Of a stretch of 64,000 bases of DNA, positions 39,601 to 50,721 are shown one piece after another. Source of the stretch: a virus (Duplodnaviria; Caudoviricetes); IMG/VR virus record IMGVR_UViG_3300037400_002947, positions 1 through 64,000 of that record; one strand, written 5' to 3'. A program made the translations under genes and the position numbers. Numbering within the stretch: position 1 is the stretch's first letter; every line of letters begins with the position of its first letter. A model generated the notes under the pieces. The model was not told where the DNA came from and searched no databases. It saw nothing but the letters and a program-made list of their open reading frames with translations.

Positions 39601-42600
39601 TGGATTCGTATTTGATGGGTTTTCTGATAATGCGTTTTTGACGTTAAAAATCTTCTCCTCAACTTCATCAACTTGTGAACCTACCTCGGCCAAGCCTATT
39701 TTAATTCCATTGTTATTGGCGAAAGTGTTCAAATCGTTGATGGCACCTTGCATGGTGGCACGCAACGAATCTATCTCTTCTGATTTGCCAGATGTTAACG
39801 CTTCATTGTACTTGTCAACGGCATCGCTAGCAGCATCAAGGACTCCTCTGCCTCCTTTGGAAAGAATCTGCATCTCAACATAGTGATTATACGTGTCGGC
39901 GAGATCTTTATACGAATCAGATATTTTTCCCGTTTGCGCTGACACTTCATTGATAACACTCTCGACGTAAGATGCTTTAGCGACATCTCCGATTTCTTCA
40001 TAGCCAGCCTTAATCTCATATAGCTTTTTTGTAAGAATGTCTGCATTCTCGGCTAGCTTTGAGATGTCTCCACCTTCAACAACGATATTAGACCCAGTGT
40101 CAATATCGCGATAAAAATCCTTGACTATTCCAGTTTCGCGCATTGCTCTTTCCATCTCTTCGGCAAATTCGCGCGTACCATCGTCAGTTATCTGTGGTGC
40201 AATTTGCAATTTGATGTCGTCGTAATTCTTCTCAAAACGCTTTGCAACTTCTTTGTATTCTTTCTTATTTTCTCTTAAATTTGTCCGTGCTTCCTTCTCT
40301 GAAATTTGATCAAGAATCTGAAGCTGTTTATTCAAATCTCCATTTATTAAATCTACGCCTCTGGCTTGAGATCCATATTCATCGGTTATTTTTTGTTGTA
40401 TTGAATATATTTCCTGTTTTATCTGATATCTTTCCGACTCAGAAAGATTTTCAGAATCTAATTGTGCACGTAAATCCGTTAACTGATCGCCATAATCTTT
40501 AAGTGAAATACTTGCAGAATTCCAATCTTCCGCACTAGCCTTAGCGCCTTTGATTAAATCCTCCTTGTAATTCTTGTAAGCGGCATATATCGCACCTCCT
40601 ATAAGAAGAGCAATAGCGCCGCCAGCGAGGACTGGCCCCAAGCCGGACAATATGCCAGAGCCAAGAATACCGCCTACTTTTGGCGCGGCTGAACCAACAG
40701 CAACTGCCGCTCCATTTGCTACCGCCTCTCCGGCCTCTTTACCAATCGCAACGGCAGTACTTTTGTTTATACGTAACAGATTGCCTAATATACTATCTGC
40801 CGTACCTCCTGTTTTATAATCAGTTATTCCTTTTATAAGATTAGCAATAAGACCTTGATTTCCAAGAAACCCCTTCGCAGCATCAATGCCAAGAAACGCA
40901 GTAACGATTGATGTGCCACTCCCAAGCGTTTCTACGATTTTATCTACAATTTGTAAAAACGTATTTGCTGTCTCTATAAGTCCTTTAAGAAGTTCAGAGC
41001 TTAAAAAGTCATTCGCTAATTCTTCAAGACTTGCCCTCGCTCTATCTATGGAATACTGTACTGATTGTGCATAGTTCTCCTGTTCACGAGCGGCCGATCC
41101 GGCAGCGCCCTGTGCAGATTTGTACGCTTTTTCAAGTTGCTGTGTATTGTTTAATACAGCAAAGAGGGCATTGGCCCCACGTTTTCCTGCAAGACTTTCC
41201 GCCAAACTTGCTTGTTCTATATCTGTGAGAGTTTTCCACTCCTTACCTATACCGAGCAGGATTTCATAAATATCCTTGTAAGTATTCTCATCTTCCATAA
41301 TATCAAAGCCAGTGAGCTGTTTTATTAAATCTCTAAGCTTTGATGTAGTCTGTGTAAACTCATCCTCTTCTTCGCCAAGGTCTGCTAACTCTGTCTTAGC
41401 ACCGCGAATTCTAGCGGACATCGTTTTGAATATTGTACCGACAGATTCCGGATTTTGAAGAACTGCATTTGCCGTCGTTACAAGAGCAATCGATTTATTC
41501 AAATCTGTGCCGGAAGCGTTGAATGCTGCGGCAGAACGTTGAAGAGCCTCACCAATTCCTGCCGTATCAATTGCAAAATTATTTGCGACCTCGTTAACCG
41601 AATCAACAACGCGCTCTGCCTGAGAAGCATCAATCTGAAATCCTTGTAACATACTGACTAGAGACTGACTAGCGGTCTCCTGTGTCATATTGTCGCCAAC
41701 GGTTTGATAGAGTTGTGTGACTCTTGCAAGATCCTCGGCCTGATCGATTGAATAGCCAAGTCTAGCCCAATCTGCCGTTGAATTAATAACGTCAGTAATG
41801 GTTGAACCGAGTTCTTGTGCTGTCTCAGATGAGCGTGAAAAACTTTGCTGTATTCGTGTATTCGATGCATCTGAAACTTTCTTTAATTCTGTAAGCGCCG
41901 AATTCGTCTGGGTGACAGTTTGAGCAAGCTCGCGACCGTAACGGATTATATCTCTGAAACTGAAATATTGGGCAAGGAATTGAGCTGCCTGATTTGTTAA
42001 TGCCGACGAAAACTGATGTTGGAAGCTTTTAATATTTTGCCCGGAATCTTTGATTTCTCCATTGAGGCGAATCCACTCGTTAATAAAATCTTGGAGTTGC
42101 TTCTTGGTAATTGATGAAACACCCTTGGCAGTTCCCTCTTCTCCAACACGGACATCCTCTAAGACACTTCTAAGCTTTTCATAATCAGCCAAGAGCGACC
42201 CAGACAGGCTGCTGCCAGCCATATCTGATTTAACTTTGTTGAGCAGTTTGTCAACTTGTCCAGTAGACGCCATTATATTGTCGGCGTTAGACAGTTTTCC
42301 ACTCTTGAGTTCTTGTTTGATGCCGTCGAGTACATTCTTATACTCGTCGAGTTGCTTTGTGTCCCACGCCTCAGATGCATCGTGGTTTTTTTCTGCATCG
42401 ATAATTTCTTGTAGAGATGTTTTTAAATCTTCGAGATGTTGATTATATTCATCTGAATAGTTGTTTTTGTTTTGAGCAGCATTTATTCGATCATACAATT
42501 CCTTTGCGGAATTCGCTGTCTTTTCGAACTGAGCACCTGCGTCATTCTGCTCTTTTGCAGTTTCTGACACCTGTTGTTTTAATTTAGAAAGACTATCCCT

Positions 42601-45600
42601 CAGCTCATCGATGGAATCTTTCGCCTTATCAAAGTTGGCAAATCTATTCTCTAGGTCTTCAATGTCACTTCCGTATATACTGCTTAAATATTCACTGCCA
42701 TTAATCGTTTCTTTTAACTTGTTAAGATTTTTCTTATCTGTCTGAGTTACGCCACGTTTTCTTTTGCCACCAGACTTTTCGCTACTTGACGTCTTACTTC
42801 CATCGTATCCGCCCATTTTATCAAACGCTTCAGCTTCCGCTTTGATATTTGGCAATACATCTTCTATGATTGCGCCAAGATTCACGTTTTCTTCTGTAAC
42901 AAGTTCTTTAGCAGCGGCTGCGTCCAATCCGGCTTCCGCCAAATCCTTAAATGCCTTTGTTTCTGATTCTAATCTTGCGACTGAATACCCGACTTGTGCC
43001 ATTAGCTTTTGGTTGTCTTCGGTGAATAATTCTTTCGCAACAGCCGCATCGAGTGCCGCCTTCTCTATTGAATTAAAAACTTCAGATTCATTGTTAGATA
43101 TTTTGCCGTCGCTTTTTTGTTCAGAAAAGGCATTGGCGGTTGATTGTTCCTTTACATCTTTATTGTTGGCCTTCAGGGCATCAATAACACTTTGTTTTCT
43201 CGCAGATTCTGACTGCCAATATTGATTATCTTCTATGAGCTGATTGTTGTCGTGGGTTAAAGTATCGACGGTCTCTTGTAATTTTCCAAGTTGTTCATCA
43301 TAAAATTTATGATTTTCCCGTATACGTTCGTCGGCCGCCTCCAATTGTTCTTGCAATTCTTCTACCTTGCCCAAAAACGTATCAGATTCGTCAGCCAAGC
43401 CACGGTTTTCATCTTGCAATTGATGAATTTGCTGAACCGCGTCATCATACAACCCAGTTGATTCATCTAGCTTAGCATTAGCATCAGCTAGCTCTTTTTC
43501 TTTAGCCTGAACTTTTTCTAGTAGTTCAGATTCCCTTTGAGATATTTGTTGAGAGGCAGACAGGAAGTCTTTATCGCCCCGTTCGAGAGATTCGGTTGTG
43601 CCAGTACTGGTTTGGCTAACACCATCAATATCTTTATCCGCTTCTTGTAAAAATCGTTGTGCTTCACTTAACGCATTTTGTTTCTGTTCTAATTGTTTAT
43701 AGAACTCCGCCTCTTGCTCTGATACTTGTCGCGCGGATGATACAATATCTGTATTTTCTAAAGATTCAATCCGACCAAGAAATGAATCCATTTGATTTTT
43801 AGACAGATAGGAACCTATATACTCTTTGATTTCAGATGGATCATTAGTGGTGTAATCGCTTGACCTAGTGGCTAGATCAATAAATGAGAAGCCATTTGCT
43901 TTATCGTATAAGACATTATCTCCATTAACATCTACAAACAGTCCTGAATCAGATAATATTTTTATATCGCTTATAAGCTTCTTTATTTGTTCATCAGTTG
44001 CATCCAGAAAATCAAGATTGTCTTGGCCAATGATTTCTCCCTTCGCCGTTTCCTGTATCTCGTAAACAAGACCATTGGCTTCGTCTTTTATCGTTCCGAC
44101 AATACGAGCAACATTTGCGCCTGCTTCCGCAGCTTTGTCAAGCGCCGGGATAAGACTCTGAGTTTTAGCTTCATATTCTAAATCTCTTGCTATGAGCGTG
44201 TAGTCGTCACCTACAAAACCGCCACGATTTGAATAACCATCAGTTATTTCTTTCGCAGTAATTTTACCCTCTTTTAAAAATCCAAGTCTCTCTAAAAGAT
44301 GTTGACCATCTACGGTAGAAGCAATAGACTCTATGCCTTCAACGCCATTTCCAACGTCAGCAATTGCATCAATAAACTTTTTAAAATCATTTATAAAATC
44401 TGACGTTTCATCTTTAACATTCTCAGCTTCCTTTTGAGCTACTTGTACCTTCGTTTTTGCAACATTAATATTCTCAATTGCTTCTTCAATCTCTGGAACT
44501 TCAACAGATTCACTTAAAGATTTAAGCTTTAAATCCTTATTGATTGATTTATGGTCGAAAGTTTTTTGAGATGATTTTGTTTGAATGTCGGTTAATATTT
44601 TATATAATTCAGTTTTCGTGATATCCTGTGGGTACGGATCGTCTTCCGGTGTGAAATCGACCATTAAGCTCTCAATAATGTTTTTGGGATTTTCGGCTTT
44701 TTTACGAAGTATTTTTTCAAATACGGCCCTATAAACAGATTTGGCTAATTCTTCGTTTTTTTTACTATCATTTATTAATCCAAAATCTACAATGGGTGTG
44801 TTTTTCAAATTGTTTAGCCAATCGTATACTACACTTCCCAACATGGTGGAATCACCAGGATTACCAGCGTAGCCAGCGCTAATGCCGTTCAAGCCAAGCT
44901 GTTTGAAAAAGTCGGTTGAAAAGCTTTCTCTATTTCTTAATTTATTTCTTGCCGTTTCTAATGTGTCGGTTTTATCCAGAATTGAGTCAAGTTCATTTTG
45001 CTTATTTGTAATAAACTCTGAAAACTCTTCTCTTGTAACTTTTAGCCGATTCATTATATTTGAATAATCGGTATAAACATGCTCTATTTGTTCTTCTAAA
45101 CTCAAGTTATTATAGCCAGTAACCTGATCAATATTTCTAAAATTCCTCGAAAATACAAGCTGATTAATTGTAGCAGATAAATCATTAAGGCGGGTAAGTT
45201 CGCCAGTGCTAATTGCATTGTACATATTTTGCACTTTACCCAAATCGGTCATATACAGTCTTTTGGGTTTTCCGTTTCCACCACCGCCTAATGTGCCACC
45301 CCAGTTACCGTCAAGTAAATCATTTAACATTTGTGTAAAATATAAGCCACTACCGAGAGATATGTTTTCACCTATCATATCTCCCATATTGTCTGGAATT
45401 ACATACTCGCTAGATTTTACAACACTGTCTGAAATATCTCCGAGGTGCCAATTGGGAAATTCCATTTTTTCGGCAAGTTCGGTTATTTTCGCCACAAGAG
45501 AATCAAAATCTTTTTCTGCATCATATATCTCTTCGTGTAGACCGTCAAATATTCTTACCTTAGATATACTCTCTAATGATTCTGAGGTCTCTCCAATGCC

Positions 45601-46311
45601 TTCATCGACAGTAGCTAAAGATTTTGAAACCGTCTCAGCTGTTTTAGAAATGGTGTTATCAATACCCTTGCCGTCGTTGGAAAGCTTTTTTAAAATTTCA
45701 GAAACGCTGTCTTTGTTTGTTTCTAATTTATTTTTTTTGTTTTCTAATTCAGTGAAATAATCATAATTTTCAGTATATGATTTCTGAAGACTCTTTTTAA
45801 ATTTATCCTGAATATCTTCTAATTTATCTGCGACATTATTCCCTAAATCCTTGCCATATTCTTCAGAGAATGAATTTGATATATTCTTGAGATGTTTAAA
45901 TTTTTCAAATAACACCGACTCATCGATGCCGTCTTTAAAACCTTGATTTATTTCGTCTATGCCAGTTTGGACATAATTTGTTAATGGATTTTTTCCTGCA
46001 ATATTAGCTTCATCAAACGCCTTGCCTAGTACCGATGCTATGTCGTTTATTTCACTATCAATGTTTTTGTATAATGCAGAAAAGATTAGATGTTGTAATT
46101 GCTTCTCAAGGGTTTTGTCTCCTCCAACAACATTTCTGATTCCATCAATAATGTCATCTGATAAATCAGCAAAATTTAAATCAAAATTTAGACCAATTCG
46201 ATTGTTTTCTATATTTTCCGCAACTTGATTAATATACTTTTCTGCATCTTTGGCGGTTTTTATTACTTGTTTATTTTCGCCCAAAATTCGAACTATAAAG
46301 TCTTTAATCAT
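36669..46311 (-). CDS. Tape measure protein exon 1 (spliced ~4008 aa), with N-terminal ART-like and kinase-like domains
   Basis: TP901-type TMP core LTELKKVSD..WARLGYS..NEVANNFAI..KTMSARIRGA at ~41050-41920; long coiled coils. Confidence 0.9.
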
Positions 46312-46329
46312 CTTTTATATCACCCCAAT

Positions 46330-46355
46330 AAAAAAAGACCGCTATGCGGTCTTTT
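46330..46355 (-). terminator. Intrinsic terminator just upstream of the TMP start
   Basis: AAAAGACCGC-ATA-GCGGTC followed by a T-tract. Confidence 0.75.
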
Positions 46356-46377
46356 ACGAATGTGTTAAGTGCTTTGT

Positions 46378-46695
46378 TTACTTACAATATCTTTTACAGA
46401 TATTTATACGCTCAGACATTAAATCGGCGCGGTATATAGAATATGTGTGTTTATTATCTGAAATTCTACTTGGTATTCCGCCGGTGTAAGAAACTACCTT
46501 AAAGGATTCAACCTGTTCTACTTCACATTTATTATTTTTTATGATTTCGTTTGCCGGAAATTCATTAATCATATCATTCGTAAAAACAGAATTATAATAA
46601 CCATCTGGCAACAACATTATTGTATGATTATTTTTTACGCTAACATATCTTTTTATACCATCGCTACAATTTACAGCTATTCTATAATAATTCAT
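46378..46695 (-). CDS. AT-rich hypothetical protein
   Basis: 105 aa; SD AGGGGG. Confidence 0.65.
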   Translation of the reverse strand: MNYYRIAVNCSDGIKRYVSVKNNHTIMLLPDGYYNSVFTNDMINEFPANEIIKNNKCEVEQVESFKVVSYTGGIPSRISDNKHTYSIYRADLMSERINICKRYCK

Positions 46696-46710
46696 TATAT
46701 CCCCCTATAA

Positions 46711-47292
46711 TTATAATTGATATTTTTCCCATTCTTTTTCTAATAACGTAGGAACAGTCTTTGCAATTTCGTTGTATTTTGTTTTCAGTATCTTTTCTGG
46801 AGAAGGTTTCATTTGTTTAGGCGCTTTATAAGCACCAACGTGGTAACGTTCATCTTTGTTTTTACCATAATTATAACTCATAATTTCGCTCTTTGTATAC
46901 CCGTGTATACCGCTTGAAAATGATCTTTCAAAAATTTCAGCCTTAACAGGAATAAGACCGTGGGGGGGTCTTTTAATATACGGATCACCGGGTATAAACA
47001 TGGCATCGACAAATATTCCTGCGGTATAACAGTTCGTTTTTTCCTGTTTGTAATATGTTTCAAACCCTCCAACGCCCATCACACCCTTAAATAAGCTGTA
47101 TGTTCTTCTATAACTACTTAGCCCTTTTTTATTTTTTGAACGTGATTTAAGAGGATAGTCTTTATAGAATTTCTGAATTGAAGTTTTGTACGCTTCGCCG
47201 AGTTTTATACCAACATCATTCGCAACATGTTTTATCATTTGGTTGGTTGTTATAACAAGATTTTCAACATTTAAATCTATTTTCTTAGCCAT
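46711..47292 (-). CDS. Tail-region protein preceding the TMP
   Basis: FYKDYP...YRRTYSL; ATG 47292 after GGAG. Confidence 0.65.
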   Translation of the reverse strand: MAKKIDLNVENLVITTNQMIKHVANDVGIKLGEAYKTSIQKFYKDYPLKSRSKNKKGLSSYRRTYSLFKGVMGVGGFETYYKQEKTNCYTAGIFVDAMFIPGDPYIKRPPHGLIPVKAEIFERSFSSGIHGYTKSEIMSYNYGKNKDERYHVGAYKAPKQMKPSPEKILKTKYNEIAKTVPTLLEKEWEKYQL

Positions 47293-47313
47293 ATTTTCAT
47301 TATCTCCAAAAAC

Positions 47314-47346
47314 AAAAAAAAGCGCCCTCGCATAAAGCAAGGACGC
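47314..47346 (-). terminator. Intrinsic terminator
   Basis: GCGTCCTTGC-TTTAT-GCGAGGGCGC followed by T8. Confidence 0.8.
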
Positions 47347-47511
47347 CTCATAAAAAATCAAATTCAGTATCCAGTTGCTTTAAGCAATGTTATAATTAAT
47401 AAGTAACCCCTAGACATTCCTGATAGGATTATCAATTAATAATAACATTGCTTTAAATAGTTCTGTAGCTAACACAGAACAAAGAGGTCGCGTTGCAGCG
47501 CCGCCTCTTAA

Positions 47512-47596
47512 CGCGGCATAGAGGATTCGAACCTCTGCGCCGTTTCCGACGTCTGGTTTTCAAGACCAGTGCCTTCGACCGCTCGGCCAATGCCGC
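47512..47596 (-). tRNA. tRNA-Ser(TGA), CCA not encoded
   Basis: Acceptor GCGGCAT/ATGCCGC, D arm GCCGAGCGGTCGAAGGC, anticodon arm CTGGT-CTTGAAA-ACCAG, long variable arm, TTCGAAT loop. Confidence 0.9.
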
Positions 47597-47641
47597 AAAC
47601 ACTCGGATCGCCATATTAATTACGACCCAAGCCCATCACTT

Positions 47642-48133
47642 TTATTGTTCGGTATGTTGTTCGGCCATTGAGGCAATGACCTCTCCAAGAACTGCTTCGA
47701 GAGACGCCAACTTCATCTCGAAAAACGACGTTAAGTCTCGTGTGTTACTAATCTCATCATCGAGGCTCATATTGACAATCGTTTGAAACTCATCAACGTC
47801 TTTTCCGACGGCTGCGAGAATATACTCAACGACGCCAGCTTCATTAAGAATATCGAATTCGTCGGTGACTTCTTCTGTATTTATTTCAATGTCCGTATAA
47901 TACTGAATCACGGTTACAATAAAAAGAAGATAACGAGTAGGAGAGGAGACTTTAAACATCTCTGTTCCGTCGTCGTTTTTAGCATATGTAGACGACCTCA
48001 CAATTCGTGCGGCGTTGCTCATTTTCATTGCATATGGCATATAAGTCTCCTTAACGTGTTTGGAAACAAACCGCTGTTTGTCGGTCGATTTTTCAAATTG
48101 CTCTGCAAAATTCTTAACTTTCATCTTATTCAT
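47642..48133 (-). CDS. Hypothetical protein (possible tail assembly chaperone)
   Basis: Acidic helical 163-aa ORF between the major tail and TMP genes. Confidence 0.6.
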   Translation of the reverse strand: MNKMKVKNFAEQFEKSTDKQRFVSKHVKETYMPYAMKMSNAARIVRSSTYAKNDDGTEMFKVSSPTRYLLFIVTVIQYYTDIEINTEEVTDEFDILNEAGVVEYILAAVGKDVDEFQTIVNMSLDDEISNTRDLTSFFEMKLASLEAVLGEVIASMAEQHTEQ

Positions 48134-48603
48134 TCTCCATATCTATTTACCATTGCGTCGCCAATACAAATTGAATCAGCAACATCATCATTAACTTCAA
48201 CGTTATATTTTTCTTTAACATATTCTACGCTTGCAGCCTTTAACTCGGCGCGTTTCTTCTTGCCTTGCTCTAATCCACAATATTTGCGCCAGACAGACGG
48301 CGGAATTTCCTCGTAATAGGAATTATTGCGAATACACCAACCGCGAACAATTCCAAGAATCTCAGACAGCTTGCGAACGAGTTCAACATTTCTACCATCG
48401 CCACGGGGAGACTCGATATAAACAGCGGCGGGAGACCAGTCATCAAGATGGTGCAGCATTTCTTTACCCATCATGCTTATCCGAACGTCTGTTTCTTCCT
48501 TGCTGTTAGACAGGTCGACGAGCGTAAAGTTGTGTAATACACCGTCCACAAAAAGTGTCATTCCAGTTTTCTTGGTTGACGAATCAATTGATACCATTCT
48601 CAT
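48130..48603 (-). CDS. RuvC-like Holliday junction resolvase
   Basis: SIDSSTKKTG, VYIES, PPSVWRK and DDVADSICIG motifs. Confidence 0.85.
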   Translation of the reverse strand: MRMVSIDSSTKKTGMTLFVDGVLHNFTLVDLSNSKEETDVRISMMGKEMLHHLDDWSPAAVYIESPRGDGRNVELVRKLSEILGIVRGWCIRNNSYYEEIPPSVWRKYCGLEQGKKKRAELKAASVEYVKEKYNVEVNDDVADSICIGDAMVNRYGE

Positions 48604-48608
48604 TTTGG

Positions 48609-48878
48609 TTATTCCTCATCATCAAGAAAGCTGTATGTCAAATCAAACGGGACAATCTCATACACCGTCAAATCTTCAGGGTTGTGTTCCCTATATTGTT
48701 GGTACAATACTTCAGCAGATATTTTATTTAAAGTTTTGCTTGCCTTACGAATGTCGTCTGTCAGATAAAAGTTATTCTTTTTTATAGGGTCGAGAGTTAA
48801 AAACATTGGCAGTCCATTTATTGGGGTTGCCAATGCATAGCGCGTCTCGCTTGCAACTTCAATTTTTCTCATTGTCAT
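48609..48878 (-). CDS. Hypothetical protein
   Basis: 89-aa ORF in the operon. Confidence 0.65.
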   Translation of the reverse strand: MTMRKIEVASETRYALATPINGLPMFLTLDPIKKNNFYLTDDIRKASKTLNKISAEVLYQQYREHNPEDLTVYEIVPFDLTYSFLDDEE

Positions 48879-48881
48879 CCC

Positions 48882-49112
48882 TCATTTCAACATATGTTTG
48901 CACCAGAGATCGTATAACTCGGTGGTATCTTTCCTATTAAAAATGTACACAAGCAGTGGCTCATCAGTCCTAAAATCTTTACCAGGATATATATCAAGCA
49001 ACTCAGCGCCATGAGACATATACGCCGCCGACTGCTTATAATTAATAATACGCACCACCTCAGAAGGATTATACGACTTGCCTGTAGTGGCGCTCATTAT
49101 CGTGTCTTTCAT
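48882..49112 (-). CDS. Small hypothetical phage protein
   Basis: ATG 49112 after GGAGGAG; LVYIF...T..LYDLW motif. Confidence 0.65.
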   Translation of the reverse strand: MKDTIMSATTGKSYNPSEVVRIINYKQSAAYMSHGAELLDIYPGKDFRTDEPLLVYIFNRKDTTELYDLWCKHMLK

Positions 49113-49137
49113 TATTCTCCTCCAAATATATGAGAGC

Positions 49138-49180
49138 AAAAAAAGGGGCATGATTACAAGTAATAGCAATCATACCCCTT
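49138..49180 (-). terminator. Intrinsic terminator
   Basis: GGGGTATGATTGC...GTAATCATGCCCC followed by a T-tract. Confidence 0.75.
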
Positions 49181-49202
49181 AGGTAAAAAATCAAATTCAC
49201 TA

Positions 49203-49508
49203 TTACTTTTTATTATTATTGTTGTTCTTTTTTTCTTCAACCGCAGGTTTTGTGAAAAGTTCGCGCACAATCTTTTTAAATCCGGCATCCTGAACAATCG
49301 ATTTTGTCGGATCGAGATGCGAGAGCTTAGACCTTGCCTGATCAGCGGAAATCTGTTCCGCCTTATATGCATTAAGGACGCCATAGATATCCTTACACGT
49401 TTTTGTATCAAACAGGAATTTCCAACGCGGTTCGTTGTCATATGCGGAACAGTTAGGGCAATATTCATAAGCCTTGCCGCAAATGACACATGTTCTTTCA
49501 TTTCTCAT
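49203..49508 (-). CDS. Zn-finger protein following the major tail gene
   Basis: CVICGKAYEYCPNC motif. Confidence 0.75.
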   Translation of the reverse strand: MRNERTCVICGKAYEYCPNCSAYDNEPRWKFLFDTKTCKDIYGVLNAYKAEQISADQARSKLSHLDPTKSIVQDAGFKKIVRELFTKPAVEEKKNNNNNKK

Positions 49509-49570
49509 TGGTTTCTCCTATTGACGGGGCAAGCACCGTTAAAGCGCTTGCCCAGATTGTTAAGCTTCTA

Positions 49571-49765
49571 TTAAGCAGTTTCCTCTTCATCGTCAGCGCA
49601 GACATAAATCTCATAGAGGACTTTGTCGGTACCGCAGTAAGAGGTCTGAAGACGTCCGGTAAAGTCGATGGTGGAGTCAGTGGACAGACCAATCGACAGC
49701 TCCGGAGACGGCTGGAAGTTCGGCAGCACCACATAGGCCGCGCGGACAATATCACTTTCGCAGGG
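49571..49765 (-). CDS. Major tail protein exon 2
   Basis: PCESDIVRAAYVVLPNFQPSPE, in frame after splicing. Confidence 0.8.
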   Translation of the reverse strand, partial: PCESDIVRAAYVVLPNFQPSPELSIGLSTDSTIDFTGRLQTSYCGTDKVLYEIYVCADDEEETA

Positions 49766-50086
49766 CAGTTTGTTATCGTATGGCTTTTTATCCATACTTC
49801 TACATCATTACAATGTAGTTCAGCATATCTTTTTATCATGAGATTCTGCATCTCATTCCATCCGATAGCGATGACTCGTGGGAAGATTATATTCTGATAC
49901 ATCTCAATATCAGTTTCACTTCCTATGCGTTGTGCGTGTCACAATTATTACATTGAGACTTCCGCTCTGATTGCCGTTGCAAACGGTTTTCCAGATTTTT
50001 TCATCACTAATAATCCATGGCTACATGATGGATTCACCATGGACGACCCGCAGTATAATTACGCATTTATTACATTATGCTGCTTG
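49766..50086 (-). mobile_element. ORF-less group I intron in the major tail gene (321 nt)
   Basis: P1 CGATC/GGTCG with U.G; TCTGGAAAACCG..GGCAATCAGAG; P7 GCATA/TATGC; 3' end GATAACAAACTG similar to the nrdJ intron. Junction VD|PCES. Confidence 0.85.
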
Positions 50087-50692
50087 ATCGACGATGAGGA
50101 CTTTAAGCGTAAGCTTAACAGATTTCGGGAACGCATCAGATCTGTTAACAATCTTGACGCCGTTCTCGGTAACGTTACGGTCATACTTAATAATCCACTT
50201 CGTGTCGCCAGTACGAGCAGTAATTCTCATAGTAGACGGATTAGATCCACTTCCGGCAGTAACCGTGTATTCACTTGCGGAATACTTGTCGCCAAGCGTA
50301 CCATTCGCTTCAACCGCATTAACAACGATGTGCGCTTCTGCGCCGTCATCATTGATGCCCGGGAGCGAGATGCCAGTTGTCTTAGCGACCATAAGGATAC
50401 GCGGCATAGAAATAGCGGCAGAAACAGACGCATACTGCGCGTCCGTACCACTCATTGCACCGATAATCGGAAGGTTGATTGTAGAGTTAGTCGCCGTGAA
50501 CTCGCCAGTCTTAGCGCGGTAGAACGTCTTGATGACAGCGCCTGTACCGTCAACGGCTTCCTGCGTATCGGCAGTAATATCAATAGTTGCTTCCTGAAGG
50601 TTGGTCAGAGTATAGAGCAGTTCGCCCCTAGAGTTCTCAGCCACACCAGTAACGATTCTATCAACAATCAGGTCACCCAGTTTAAAGGCCAT
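50087..50692 (-). CDS. Major tail (tube) protein exon 1 (spliced ~266 aa)
   Basis: MAFKLGDLIVDRI...; beta-rich; positioned after the neck/terminator genes. Confidence 0.75.
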
Positions 50693-50721
50693 AACTATTT
50701 TTCTCCTTTTCTTAGAAATAA

